A DNA stretch of 32,000 nucleotides from Candidatus Saccharimonadota bacterium. Its GTDB lineage: Bacteria; Pseudomonadota; Gammaproteobacteria; Enterobacterales; Enterobacteriaceae_A. Under the pieces are notes generated by a model. That model was not told where the DNA came from. It did not search any database and saw only the letters and a list, made by a program, of their open reading frames with translations. The stretch lies in the NCBI GenBank assembly GCA_030849285.1, contig CP102982.1, positions 60,001-92,000 on the forward strand. Direction: 5' to 3'. Below are positions 11,137 to 19,519 of the stretch, piece by piece; position 1 is the first letter of the stretch, and each line of letters opens with the position of its first letter. Both the position numbers and the translations under genes were made by a program.

Positions 11137-11541
11137 TTATAAATTATCTATAATCCAACTTTTTAAAATTAATTTAGAAGATATTGAATCAATATAAATG
11201 TTATTAATTTTAAATTTTTTTTTATAAATTAAAAAAAAATTTTTTGCTTCTAATGTACTTAAAAATTCATTATGAAATAAAATTTTTATATTATATTTTT
11301 TATTAAAAATAATAGAAAATTTCAAAATTAAAAAAAAAAATAATCGATTTTTATTATTGTTTATTGGTAAACCAATAATAATTAAATTAGGATTCCAATA
11401 TTTAAGTAAATATTTAATTTTAAACCAATTAATTTTACTATTATTTATTTTTAAAGGTTTTAATAAAGATATAGTTTTAGTAATTCTTTGTCCAATTGAT
11501 AATCCAATTTTTTTAATACCAAAATCAATTGAAAAAAACAT
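11137..11541 (-). CDS. ruvX: YqgF/RuvX family putative pre-16S rRNA nuclease (Holliday-junction-resolvase-like)
   Basis: 134 aa. The N-terminal segment IDFGIKKIGLSIGQRIT, IIIGLP.N and FHNEFLST.EAK are collinear with E. coli YqgF (138 aa as recalled). The rest is strongly I/K/N-biased. Confidence 0.8.
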   Translation of the reverse strand: MFFSIDFGIKKIGLSIGQRITKTISLLKPLKINNSKINWFKIKYLLKYWNPNLIIIGLPINNNKNRLFFFLILKFSIIFNKKYNIKILFHNEFLSTLEAKNFFLIYKKKFKINNIYIDSISSKLILKSWIIDNL

Positions 11542-11600
11542 AATTTTTTAAATTTATGAAATATTCAAATTTATTTTTAAAATTTAATATTTTAAAAATA

Positions 11601-13160
11601 TTAAAATAATGTTAAAATTACTATTTTTTTTTTAAGAATTTTTAAAAAATTTAATTTTATTATTTTTTTATTATTAAATAAATTAAAAATATTATTTTTA
11701 ATAATATTTAAATATCCTATTAATTTATTTCCTAAATTTATTTTAATTTTTTTTTTTTTTATTAAAATAATTTTACAATATATAAAATTATTTTTTTTAT
11801 ATATAGTTAAAAATTTACTGAAATTATTTATATTAAGTTGTTTAATTCCAAGTGATATACGTTCACGTATAACATTAACTTGTAAAATAATACTTTTAAT
11901 TTTATCCCCTTTTTTATATTTATTTATATTTTTTTTATTTATTATATCCCAAGAAATATCAGTTAAATGTATTAATCCATCAATACCATCAAATAAACCA
12001 ACAAAAATACCAAAATCAGTAATAGATTTAATAATACCATTAACATAACATTTTGTTTCTTTTTTAATATGAAAAAATTTCCAAGGATTAATTTTACATT
12101 GTTTAATACCTAATGATATTCTTCTTTTTTTAGTATCAATATTTAAAATCATAACATTTATTTGTTTATTAATTTTAATAAATTTATATGGATTAATATT
12201 TTTTTTTTTCCATTCCATTTCTGATGTATGAACTAAACCTTCAACTCCATCTTCTAATTTAACAAAACACCCATAATTAGTTAAATTACTAACTCTACCC
12301 TTTGTTATAGAACCTTTAGGATAACGAATAATAATATTATTCCAAGGATCTAAAGATCTTTGTTTTAAACCTAGAGATATACGTTTATTTAAACTATTAA
12401 ATTTAATTATTTTTAAAATAATAACATCTCCAATATTAACAATATCACTTGGATGCCTTATTCTTTTCCATGACATATCCGTAATATGTAATAAACCATC
12501 TAATCCTCCTATATTAATAAACGCACCATAATCAGTTAAATTTTTAACAACTCCTTTAATAATAACACCTTCTTTAATTAATTTTATAGTTTTTTTTTTA
12601 ATAGAATTATATTCAAGTTTAATAACAGCTTTACGAGAAACTACAATATTATTTCTTTTTTTATCTAATTTAATAATTTTAAATTCTAATTTTTTTCCTT
12701 CTAAATATGTTATATCTTTAACGGGTTTTATATCAACAAGTGATCCAGGTAAAAAAGCTTTTATATTATTTAATTTAATATTAAATCCCCCTTTTGTACG
12801 ACCATTTATAAAACCAAACATACTTATTGAATTTTTAAGAGCATTTTTTAAAATTAACCATTCCTTATTATGTTCAACTTTTTCATAAGATAATATTGTT
12901 TTTCCAAAACCATTATCTATACATTCTAAAATTACATCAATTTTATCACCTAATTTAATATCTATTTTTTTTTTTTTATTTTTAAATTCTTTTATTAAAA
13001 TAGTTGCTAAGGATTTTAAACCAACATCTATAAATACTAATTCTTTACTAATAGATATTACATAACCTTTTATTAATAAACCAGGTTTAATATTTATTTT
13101 TTTAAAAACTTTTTTAAAAATTTTATTAAATTTTTTAATCATAATATAACTAAATAACAT
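11601..13160 (-). CDS. rpsA: 30S ribosomal protein S1
   Basis: 519-aa ORF with repeated S1 domains. FLPGSLVD, LEFK.IKLD.KRNN.VVSR, TDYGAF...GG.DGLLHITDMSWKR, RISLGLKQ, TNYGCFV..E.GVEGLVH.SEM.W and SITDFGIF.GL..GIDGL.HL.DISW are present. Alignment with E. coli S1 places the start better at the second ATG (13142, MIKKFNK...). No Shine-Dalgarno precedes either ATG. Confidence 0.93.
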   Translation of the reverse strand: MLFSYIMIKKFNKIFKKVFKKINIKPGLLIKGYVISISKELVFIDVGLKSLATILIKEFKNKKKKIDIKLGDKIDVILECIDNGFGKTILSYEKVEHNKEWLILKNALKNSISMFGFINGRTKGGFNIKLNNIKAFLPGSLVDIKPVKDITYLEGKKLEFKIIKLDKKRNNIVVSRKAVIKLEYNSIKKKTIKLIKEGVIIKGVVKNLTDYGAFINIGGLDGLLHITDMSWKRIRHPSDIVNIGDVIILKIIKFNSLNKRISLGLKQRSLDPWNNIIIRYPKGSITKGRVSNLTNYGCFVKLEDGVEGLVHTSEMEWKKKNINPYKFIKINKQINVMILNIDTKKRRISLGIKQCKINPWKFFHIKKETKCYVNGIIKSITDFGIFVGLFDGIDGLIHLTDISWDIINKKNINKYKKGDKIKSIILQVNVIRERISLGIKQLNINNFSKFLTIYKKNNFIYCKIILIKKKKIKINLGNKLIGYLNIIKNNIFNLFNNKKIIKLNFLKILKKKIVILTLF

Positions 13161-13470
13161 TAATAAAATATTTTTTAATTTAAATAATTTTATTAAATTT
13201 ATAAAAATATTTATTAAATAAAATTAAAATAAAAATTATAATTAATTATAAATTATTTAAATATTTTAAAATAATTAATAATATTATAATTTAATTTAAT
13301 AACTATACATTTTATATTTAATAAATTATATATTTTAAATATTTTTTTTAGTTAAATTAATAATTTAAATATTATTATATTTATTATTTAATTAATATTT
13401 TATTTTATTTTAAAAAATTAATAAATTTATAAAATATTTATAATATTTATAAATAAAAGTTTTAATAAAA

Positions 13471-14919
13471 TTATTTTACATATAAAATTCTACTTGTATT
13501 AGTATTACCAGTAGTACCTATAATATCTCCAGAAGTTACAACAACTAAATCTCCAGTTAATAATATTTTTTTAGTATATAAATATTTAATAATATTTTTA
13601 ATAATTAAAATACAATTATTTTTATTTTTATTACTATAATATATTGGGGTTACCCCTCTATATAAAGAAGCTAATCTTAAAGTATTTTTATGGCATGAAA
13701 CAGCAAAAATTGGAATATCTGAAATCATACGAGACATCATAAATGAAGTACGACCAGATTCAGTCATAGTTATAATTGCAGTAACTCCTTTTAAATGATT
13801 TGCTATATATACAGCTGAAATTGCAATTGCATCAGATATACAATTAAATTGAATATTTAAAAATTTTTTATAATCATTAAAACTTGGAATTTTTTCAGCA
13901 CCTATACATATATTAGACATAGTTCTAACAGTTTCAATAGGATATTTACCTGTTGCTGTTTCTGCAGATAACATAACAGCATCTGTACCATCTATAACAG
14001 AATTAGCAACATCCATAACTTCAGCGCGTGTTGGAATTGGAGTATAAATCATTGAATTCATCATTTGAGTTGCGGTAATAACTGCTCTATTTAAAAATCT
14101 AGCTCTATTTATTATTTTTTTTTGTACTCCAATTAATTCAGGATCTCCAATTTCAACACCTAAATCTCCTCGTGCAACCATTACAGCATCAGATGACATT
14201 ATAATATCATCTAAAATTTTATCATTATATACTACTTCTGCACGTTCAATTTTAGAAATAATTTTAGCTTTACACCCTGCTTTATTAGATAAATAACGTG
14301 CTTCATTTAAATCAGAACTACTACGAGGAAATGAAATTGCTAAATAATCAACACCTATTTTAGATGCTATAATAATATCCATTTTATCTTTATCAGTTAA
14401 ACTTTTTGCTGAAATTCCTCCACCTAATTTATTAATACCTTTATTATTTGATAATAAACCACCTAAAATTACTTTTGTAAATATTTTATTTTCTTTAATT
14501 TTTATAACTTTAATTTGAATATGCCCATCATCTAAAATAAGAATATCCCCAGGGATAACATCATTTATTAAATTTTTATATTTAAAACCTACTCTTTCTA
14601 TATTACCTTCATATTTTGGTAAATCATAATCTAATATAAAAATATTATCAACATTTAATTTAATAAAACCATTTTTAAAAGAAGAAATCCTAATTTTAGG
14701 TCCTTGTAAATCTACTAAAATAGCTATATATTTATCTAGTTTTTTTGATATATCTTTAACCCTTTTCGCTCTAATTTTATGATCTTCTAAAGAACCATGA
14801 GAAAAATTAAGTCTTACTACATTAACTCCTGCTATTATTATTTTTTCTAAATTATTATTTTTATCAGTAGTAGGTCCAAGAGTTGCTATTATTTTTGTTT
14901 TTCTTATAAAATTTGACAA
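13471..14919 (-). CDS. pykA: Pyruvate kinase II (AMP-activated type)
   Basis: 482 aa. [111 protein letters not shown] and [12 protein letters not shown] are collinear with E. coli PykA. The start is TTG at 14919, with AAGGA 7 nt upstream. Confidence 0.95.
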   Translation of the reverse strand: MSNFIRKTKIIATLGPTTDKNNNLEKIIIAGVNVVRLNFSHGSLEDHKIRAKRVKDISKKLDKYIAILVDLQGPKIRISSFKNGFIKLNVDNIFILDYDLPKYEGNIERVGFKYKNLINDVIPGDILILDDGHIQIKVIKIKENKIFTKVILGGLLSNNKGINKLGGGISAKSLTDKDKMDIIIASKIGVDYLAISFPRSSSDLNEARYLSNKAGCKAKIISKIERAEVVYNDKILDDIIMSSDAVMVARGDLGVEIGDPELIGVQKKIINRARFLNRAVITATQMMNSMIYTPIPTRAEVMDVANSVIDGTDAVMLSAETATGKYPIETVRTMSNICIGAEKIPSFNDYKKFLNIQFNCISDAIAISAVYIANHLKGVTAIITMTESGRTSFMMSRMISDIPIFAVSCHKNTLRLASLYRGVTPIYYSNKNKNNCILIIKNIIKYLYTKKILLTGDLVVVTSGDIIGTTGNTNTSRILYVK

Positions 14920-15067
14920 TTATAATTCCTTATATTATTAATAAAAAAATATTATAATATATATTTATTTTATTTTAAAATAATAAACTTAAAATTTTAA
15001 AAATTTATCTAATTATTATTTTATAAAAAAATTAAAAATATTTAATAAATATATTAATATTTAATAT

Positions 15068-16318
15068 TTAATATTTATAAACTAATTTAGGTTTTTTAAG
15101 TTTTAAAATAACTTGTTTATTTATAATTAAAGAAATATTTTTATATTTTATTGATGGTAAATCATACATAATATTTAATAATATTTTTTCAACAATAGTT
15201 CTTAACCCTCTTGCACCAGTTTTTCTTTTAATTGTTTTTTTTGCAATAGCAATTAACGCACAATCAGTAAATATTAAATTTACATTATCCATATATAATA
15301 AAATTTGATATTGTTTAATTATTGAATTTTTAGGTTCTCTCAAAATTTTTGCTAATGTTTTTTCATCTAAATCATTAAGTGTTGCAATTATTGGTATTCT
15401 TCCAATAAATTCAGGAATAAGACCAAATTGTATTAAATCATTAGGTTCAACATTTGGGAATAATGAATTTTTTTTAATTTCATTGATATTTTTTTTAATA
15501 TTTGCAACAAACCCAATACCTGTATTTTTATTAATTCTTTGTTCTAATATTTTTTCTAACCCTGCAAATGATCCACCACATATAAATAATATTTTTGATG
15601 TATCAATTTGAATAAATTCTTGTTGAGGATGTTTACGACCCCCTAAAGGTGGAACTGAAGCTATTGTACCTTCAATTATTTTTAATAATGATTGTTGTAC
15701 TCCCTCTCCGGAAACATCTCTTGTAATTGAAGGGTTATTTGATTTACGAGCTATTTTATCAATTTCATCTATATAAATAATCCCGTGTTGCGCTGCATTA
15801 ACATCAAAATTACATTTACTTAAAAGTTTTTGTAATATATTTTCAACATCTTCTCCAACATAACCTGCTTCAGTTAAAGTAGTAGCATCTGCTATTGCAA
15901 AGGGTACATATAAAAAATTAGCGAGAGTTTCAGCTAATAAAGTTTTTCCACTACCAGTTGGTCCAATTAATAAAATATTACTTTTTTTAAGTTCAAGAAC
16001 ATTAGGGTCTGAATTATTTTTTAAACGTTTATAATGATTGTAAACTGCAACAGATAAAATTTTTTTAGCTTCATTTTGTCCAATTATATAATTATTTAAA
16101 TGCGCACATATTTTGTATGGAACTGGTAAATCAGTTTTTTTTTTTTTAATATTTAAATATTCTTCAAATTCTTTAAATATTATTTCATTACAAATACTAA
16201 CACATAAATCGCATATATAAACTGAAGGACCATAAATTAAAATATATAACGCTATTTGATTATCACCACAAAAAGAACAATTTGGTATAAAATCCTCTTT
16301 TTTATATTTCCTTATCAT
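15068..16318 (-). CDS. clpX: ATP-dependent Clp protease ATP-binding subunit ClpX
   Basis: 416 aa. The N-terminal zinc ribbon is CSFCG...YICDLC. The Walker A segment is [14 protein letters not shown] and the Walker B segment is [33 protein letters not shown], the IGF loop (GIGF), LIPEFIGR.P and GARGLR are present. AAAGG Shine-Dalgarno lies 8 nt upstream of the ATG. Confidence 0.97.
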   Translation of the reverse strand: MIRKYKKEDFIPNCSFCGDNQIALYILIYGPSVYICDLCVSICNEIIFKEFEEYLNIKKKKTDLPVPYKICAHLNNYIIGQNEAKKILSVAVYNHYKRLKNNSDPNVLELKKSNILLIGPTGSGKTLLAETLANFLYVPFAIADATTLTEAGYVGEDVENILQKLLSKCNFDVNAAQHGIIYIDEIDKIARKSNNPSITRDVSGEGVQQSLLKIIEGTIASVPPLGGRKHPQQEFIQIDTSKILFICGGSFAGLEKILEQRINKNTGIGFVANIKKNINEIKKNSLFPNVEPNDLIQFGLIPEFIGRIPIIATLNDLDEKTLAKILREPKNSIIKQYQILLYMDNVNLIFTDCALIAIAKKTIKRKTGARGLRTIVEKILLNIMYDLPSIKYKNISLIINKQVILKLKKPKLVYKY

Positions 16319-16334
16319 TTAATAACCTTTAAAA

Positions 16335-16593
16335 AATATTAATAAATGTAAATACTAATATTTTAAAATAAAATATTAGTAAATGCAAATACTAACATTT
16401 TAAAATAAAATATTAGTATTTGCAAATACTAATATTCTAAAATAAAATATTAGTAGATGCAAATACTAATATTCTAAAATAAAATATTAGTAAATGCAAA
16501 TAATAATATTCTAAAATAAAATATTAGTAGATGCAAATAATAATATTCTAAAATAAAATATTAGTAAATGCAAATACTAATATTATAAAATAA
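16335..16593. repeat. Tandem array of 7 x 37 bp; each unit contains a 28-bp dyad-symmetric core centred on TGCA
   Basis: TG(C/T)A cores lie at 16347, 16384, 16421, 16458, 16495, 16532 and 16569, each exactly 37 nt apart. The majority unit is aatattagtaaatgcaaatactaatattctaaaataa, and copies differ from it at 1-3 positions. The array fills the clpP-clpX spacer from 2 nt after the clpP stop to 16 nt before the clpX ATG. Confidence 0.97.
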
Positions 16594-16595
16594 AA

Positions 16596-17222
16596 TTATT
16601 CACGATGTGTAAAAATTTTATCAATTATACCATAATTTAATGCTTCTTCTGAAGTCATAAAATAATCACGTTCTGTATCTAAATTAATTTTTTCAATAGG
16701 TTGACCAGTATGTTTTGAAATTAATCTATTTAAATTATTTTTAATTTTTAAAATTTCTTTTGCGTGTATTTCAATATCACTCGCTTGACCTTGATAACCA
16801 CCTAATGGTTGATGTATCATTATTGAAGAATTTGGTAAACAAAAACGTTTATTTTTTGCACCTGACATTAATAAAAAAGACCCCATTGAACATGCTTGTC
16901 CTATACACATAGTACTAATATCTGATTTAATAAATTGCATAGTATCATAAATTGACATTCCAGATGTTATAATACCTCCAGGTGAATTTATATACATATA
17001 AATATCTCTTTCTGATTTATCTGATTCAAGATATAATAATTGTGCTGTAATTAAATTAGCAACATAATCATCTATTATACCAGTTAAAAAAATAATTCGA
17101 TCTTTTAATAAACGAGAAAATATATCGTAAGATCTTTCTCCGTTTAAAGTTTTTTCCGAAACTATTGGTACTAAGGATAAAATTTTTTTAGTATGTTGAA
17201 AAATATGTTCATTATTAATCAT
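16596..17222 (-). CDS. clpP: ATP-dependent Clp protease proteolytic subunit ClpP
   Basis: 208 aa. [38 protein letters not shown], the catalytic-Ser context [11 protein letters not shown], the His context [26 protein letters not shown] and DTERD.F are collinear with E. coli ClpP. GGAG Shine-Dalgarno lies 8 nt upstream. Confidence 0.97.
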   Translation of the reverse strand: MINNEHIFQHTKKILSLVPIVSEKTLNGERSYDIFSRLLKDRIIFLTGIIDDYVANLITAQLLYLESDKSERDIYMYINSPGGIITSGMSIYDTMQFIKSDISTMCIGQACSMGSFLLMSGAKNKRFCLPNSSIMIHQPLGGYQGQASDIEIHAKEILKIKNNLNRLISKHTGQPIEKINLDTERDYFMTSEEALNYGIIDKIFTHRE

Positions 17223-17253
17223 TAATATTCTCCATTAAAATATTAAAAATAAA

Positions 17254-17281
17254 ATTATATATAATATTTTAAAAAAATCAA
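17254..17281 (-). promoter_or_regulatory. Candidate sigma70 promoter for clpP (TTGATT-N16-TATAAT on the minus strand)
   Basis: On the minus strand, TTGATT lies at 17281-17276, followed by a 16-nt spacer and TATAAT at 17259-17254, about 30 nt upstream of the clpP ATG. No sigma32-type CCCCAT -10 is visible. The background rate of such matches is high in this composition. Confidence 0.22.
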
Positions 17282-17310
17282 GTTATTTTAAATTAAATAT
17301 TTATAATTAT

Positions 17311-18048
17311 TTATAAATAAAATCGTTGACGTATAACTTCAAATAATACTATACCTGTTGCAACAGATACATTAAGTGAAGAAATATTACCTTTAATTGG
17401 AATACTAATTAATTTATTACAAATTTTAGTTGTTAATTTGCGTAATCCTTTATCTTCACTTCCAAAAACTAAAGCTAAGGGGATATTAAAATTAACATTA
17501 TATAAAATATTATTAGTTTTATGTGTTGTTCCTATTATAGTAATATTCATTTGTTTTAAAAAAATTAAAGTTCTAGATAAATTAATTACACTAATTATAA
17601 ATATATTCTCACAAGCACCACAAGAAACTTTTTTAACTAAAGAACTTAATTTAGCTGAATTTTTTTTAGGTATAATAATTATATTTACACCAGCTGCATA
17701 AGCGTTTCTTATACAAGATCCTAAATTTCTAGGATCAGTTATACAATCTAAAATTAACAATAACGGTTTTTTTATATTTTTTAAAATATTATAAATATTT
17801 TTTTCAGAATATTTTTTTAATTTATATATTTCAGCAATAATACCTTGATGATTTAATTTATTAATTTTTTTATTTAAAAAAAATTTATTACAAAATTTTA
17901 TTAAAATATTATTTCTATTAAAATTATTAATAATATTTTTAAATTTTAAATCATTTCTATTTTTAAAAATAAAAACTTTAATAAATCTTTTAGGAGAAGA
18001 ATATAATAATTTTTCAATAGTATGTATCCCATATATTATTTCTTTCAT
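17311..18048 (-). CDS. rlmB: 23S rRNA (guanosine-2'-O-)-methyltransferase, SpoU/TrmH family (RlmB-like)
   Basis: 245 aa. IYGIH, HQGIIA, LLILD.ITDP.NLG.C.R.A.AAGV..II.PK..SA, KV.CGA.E, IIGT, ALVFG.E.KGLR.LT...C..LISIP..G..SSLNVSVATGI.LFE..RQR are collinear with E. coli RlmB (243 aa as recalled). Confidence 0.9.
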   Translation of the reverse strand: MKEIIYGIHTIEKLLYSSPKRFIKVFIFKNRNDLKFKNIINNFNRNNILIKFCNKFFLNKKINKLNHQGIIAEIYKLKKYSEKNIYNILKNIKKPLLLILDCITDPRNLGSCIRNAYAAGVNIIIIPKKNSAKLSSLVKKVSCGACENIFIISVINLSRTLIFLKQMNITIIGTTHKTNNILYNVNFNIPLALVFGSEDKGLRKLTTKICNKLISIPIKGNISSLNVSVATGIVLFEVIRQRFYL

Positions 18049-18195
18049 ATTAAATTATTTTTAAAAAAAAAAAAATTTAAAAATAATAATTTTATTAAAT
18101 ATAAAACTTAAAATAATAAAAATTATTTAGTTTTAAAATAAAATATTAATTGTTAAATATTAAAATATTATATTTAAATATTTTTTAAAAAAAAA

Positions 18196-19431
18196 TTATT
18201 TTTTTATAAATTTATAATTATAATTTAAAAAAGTTTGAGGTAAAAAAATCGCAAAAATACCTATTAGAGGTAAAAATGAACATATTTTGTAAACATAGTT
18301 AATACTAGTAAAATCCGCAATATATCCCAACGCAGCAGCACCTAAACCACTAATTGCAAAAGCACATCCAAATAAAATACCAGAAATTGTACCAAATTTT
18401 CCTGGAATTAATTCTTGTGAATATATTAAAATTGAAGAAAAAGCAGAAGCCATTATAAAACCGATAATCATTGATAAAAATCCTATCCATGTTAAAGATA
18501 CATAAGGTAAAATAATTGTAAAAGGAGTAGCTCCAAAAATAGAAATTAAAATAACATATTTTCTACTAAATTTATCTCCTAAAGGTCCACCAACCATACT
18601 TCCTAAAGTAATAGAAAATAAAAACATAAATAAATGCATTTGAGCATTTTGTACAGAAACCCCAAATTTATGTATTAAAAAAAATGTATAATAACTACTT
18701 ATACTAGTAAGATAAAAATATTTAGAAAAAAGTAATAGAAATAAAATTGTCATTGAATAAATAATTCTTTTTATTGAAAGATCAAGTTTATTATTAGCAA
18801 TTTTTTTTATAATATTATTATAATGTTTTTCTTTATACCATTTTCCTACATTAAATAAAATTATCATAGATATTATAGCTATTAAAGTAAACCATAAAAT
18901 ATTTTTAATACCATAAGGTACAATAATAATTGCAGCAAATAATGGACCAAAAGCACTACCAAAATTTCCACCAACTTGTAATAAGGATTGTGCTAAACCA
19001 TATTTACCACCTGAAGCCATACTAGCAACTCTAGCTGATTCAGGGTGAAAAATTGAAGAACCAGTTCCTACTAATGCAGCTGCTATTAATACTAATAAAA
19101 AAACTTTAGCAAAAGAAAGTAACAATAACCCTAAAAACATAAAACTCATACCTATTAATAAAGAATAAGGTTGAGGATATTTATCAATATAAAAACCAAT
19201 AATAGGTTGCAATAAAGATGCTGTTAATTGATAAGTAAGTGTAATATAACCAACTTGACCAAAATTAAGTCTAAAATTTTTTTGTAAAATAGGATAAATA
19301 GATAATAATAAAGATTGAATTAAATCATTAAAAAAATGAGAAACTGCAATAGCACTTAATATATAAAAAACTGGTTTTATTAAAACTTTTTTTTTTTTAT
19401 TAAATATATTTAAATTTTTACAGTTAATCAT
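18196..19431 (-). CDS. fsr: Major-facilitator-superfamily transporter, Fsr (fosmidomycin-resistance protein) family
   Basis: 411 aa, about 12 hydrophobic segments. SHFFNDLIQSLLLSIYPILQ, LQPIIGFYIDKYP, AALVGTGSSIFHPESARVASMASGGKYGLAQSLLQVGGNFGSAFGPL, FSKYFYLTSISSYYTFFL, VQNAQMHLF, GGPLGDK..RKYVI, ASAFS.IL.YSQEL.PG and YKICSFLPL.G are collinear with E. coli Fsr as I recall it. Confidence 0.75.
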   Translation of the reverse strand: MINCKNLNIFNKKKKVLIKPVFYILSAIAVSHFFNDLIQSLLLSIYPILQKNFRLNFGQVGYITLTYQLTASLLQPIIGFYIDKYPQPYSLLIGMSFMFLGLLLLSFAKVFLLVLIAAALVGTGSSIFHPESARVASMASGGKYGLAQSLLQVGGNFGSAFGPLFAAIIIVPYGIKNILWFTLIAIISMIILFNVGKWYKEKHYNNIIKKIANNKLDLSIKRIIYSMTILFLLLFSKYFYLTSISSYYTFFLIHKFGVSVQNAQMHLFMFLFSITLGSMVGGPLGDKFSRKYVILISIFGATPFTIILPYVSLTWIGFLSMIIGFIMASAFSSILIYSQELIPGKFGTISGILFGCAFAISGLGAAALGYIADFTSINYVYKICSFLPLIGIFAIFLPQTFLNYNYKFIKK

Positions 19432-19519
19432 TTATGCACCTTAAAATAAAATAATATATTATATAAATATATATTATTATTATATAAATATCCTTACAGG
19501 TATGTTAAAGGAAAAAAAA

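Noticed and set aside
13161-13470. The almost pure A+T 310-bp spacer as a replication origin or DNA-unwinding element.
   Set aside because: I found no DnaA-box-like sequence (TTATCCACA or its complement) here or nearby. None of the usual origin-flanking genes (dnaA, gidA/mnmG, mioC) is present in the window.
16383-16590. Repeated mini-ORF on the plus strand inside the units (ATG CAA ATA CTA ATA TTC TAA = MQILIF).
   Set aside because: It is six codons long, has no Shine-Dalgarno, and is antisense to the clpPX operon. Its sequence changes with the unit variants (the Leu codon CTA becomes the Ile codon ATA in U4 and U5), and U2 lacks the ATG.
16335-16593. The 37-bp periodic array as a CRISPR locus.
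   Set aside because: The units abut directly, with no unique spacers between them, so the whole 37 bp is the repeat. No cas genes or leader are nearby. The array sits inside an operon spacer.
16335-16593. Resemblance of the dyad TTAGTA-N8-TACTAA to the HrcA operator CIRCE (TTAGCACTC-N9-GAGTGCTAA) upstream of a chaperone or protease gene.
   Set aside because: Only the outer TTAG/CTAA bases match, and the spacing and inner arms differ. Enterobacterales-type genomes regulate heat shock through sigma32 and are not known to carry hrcA. The match is probably compositional coincidence.
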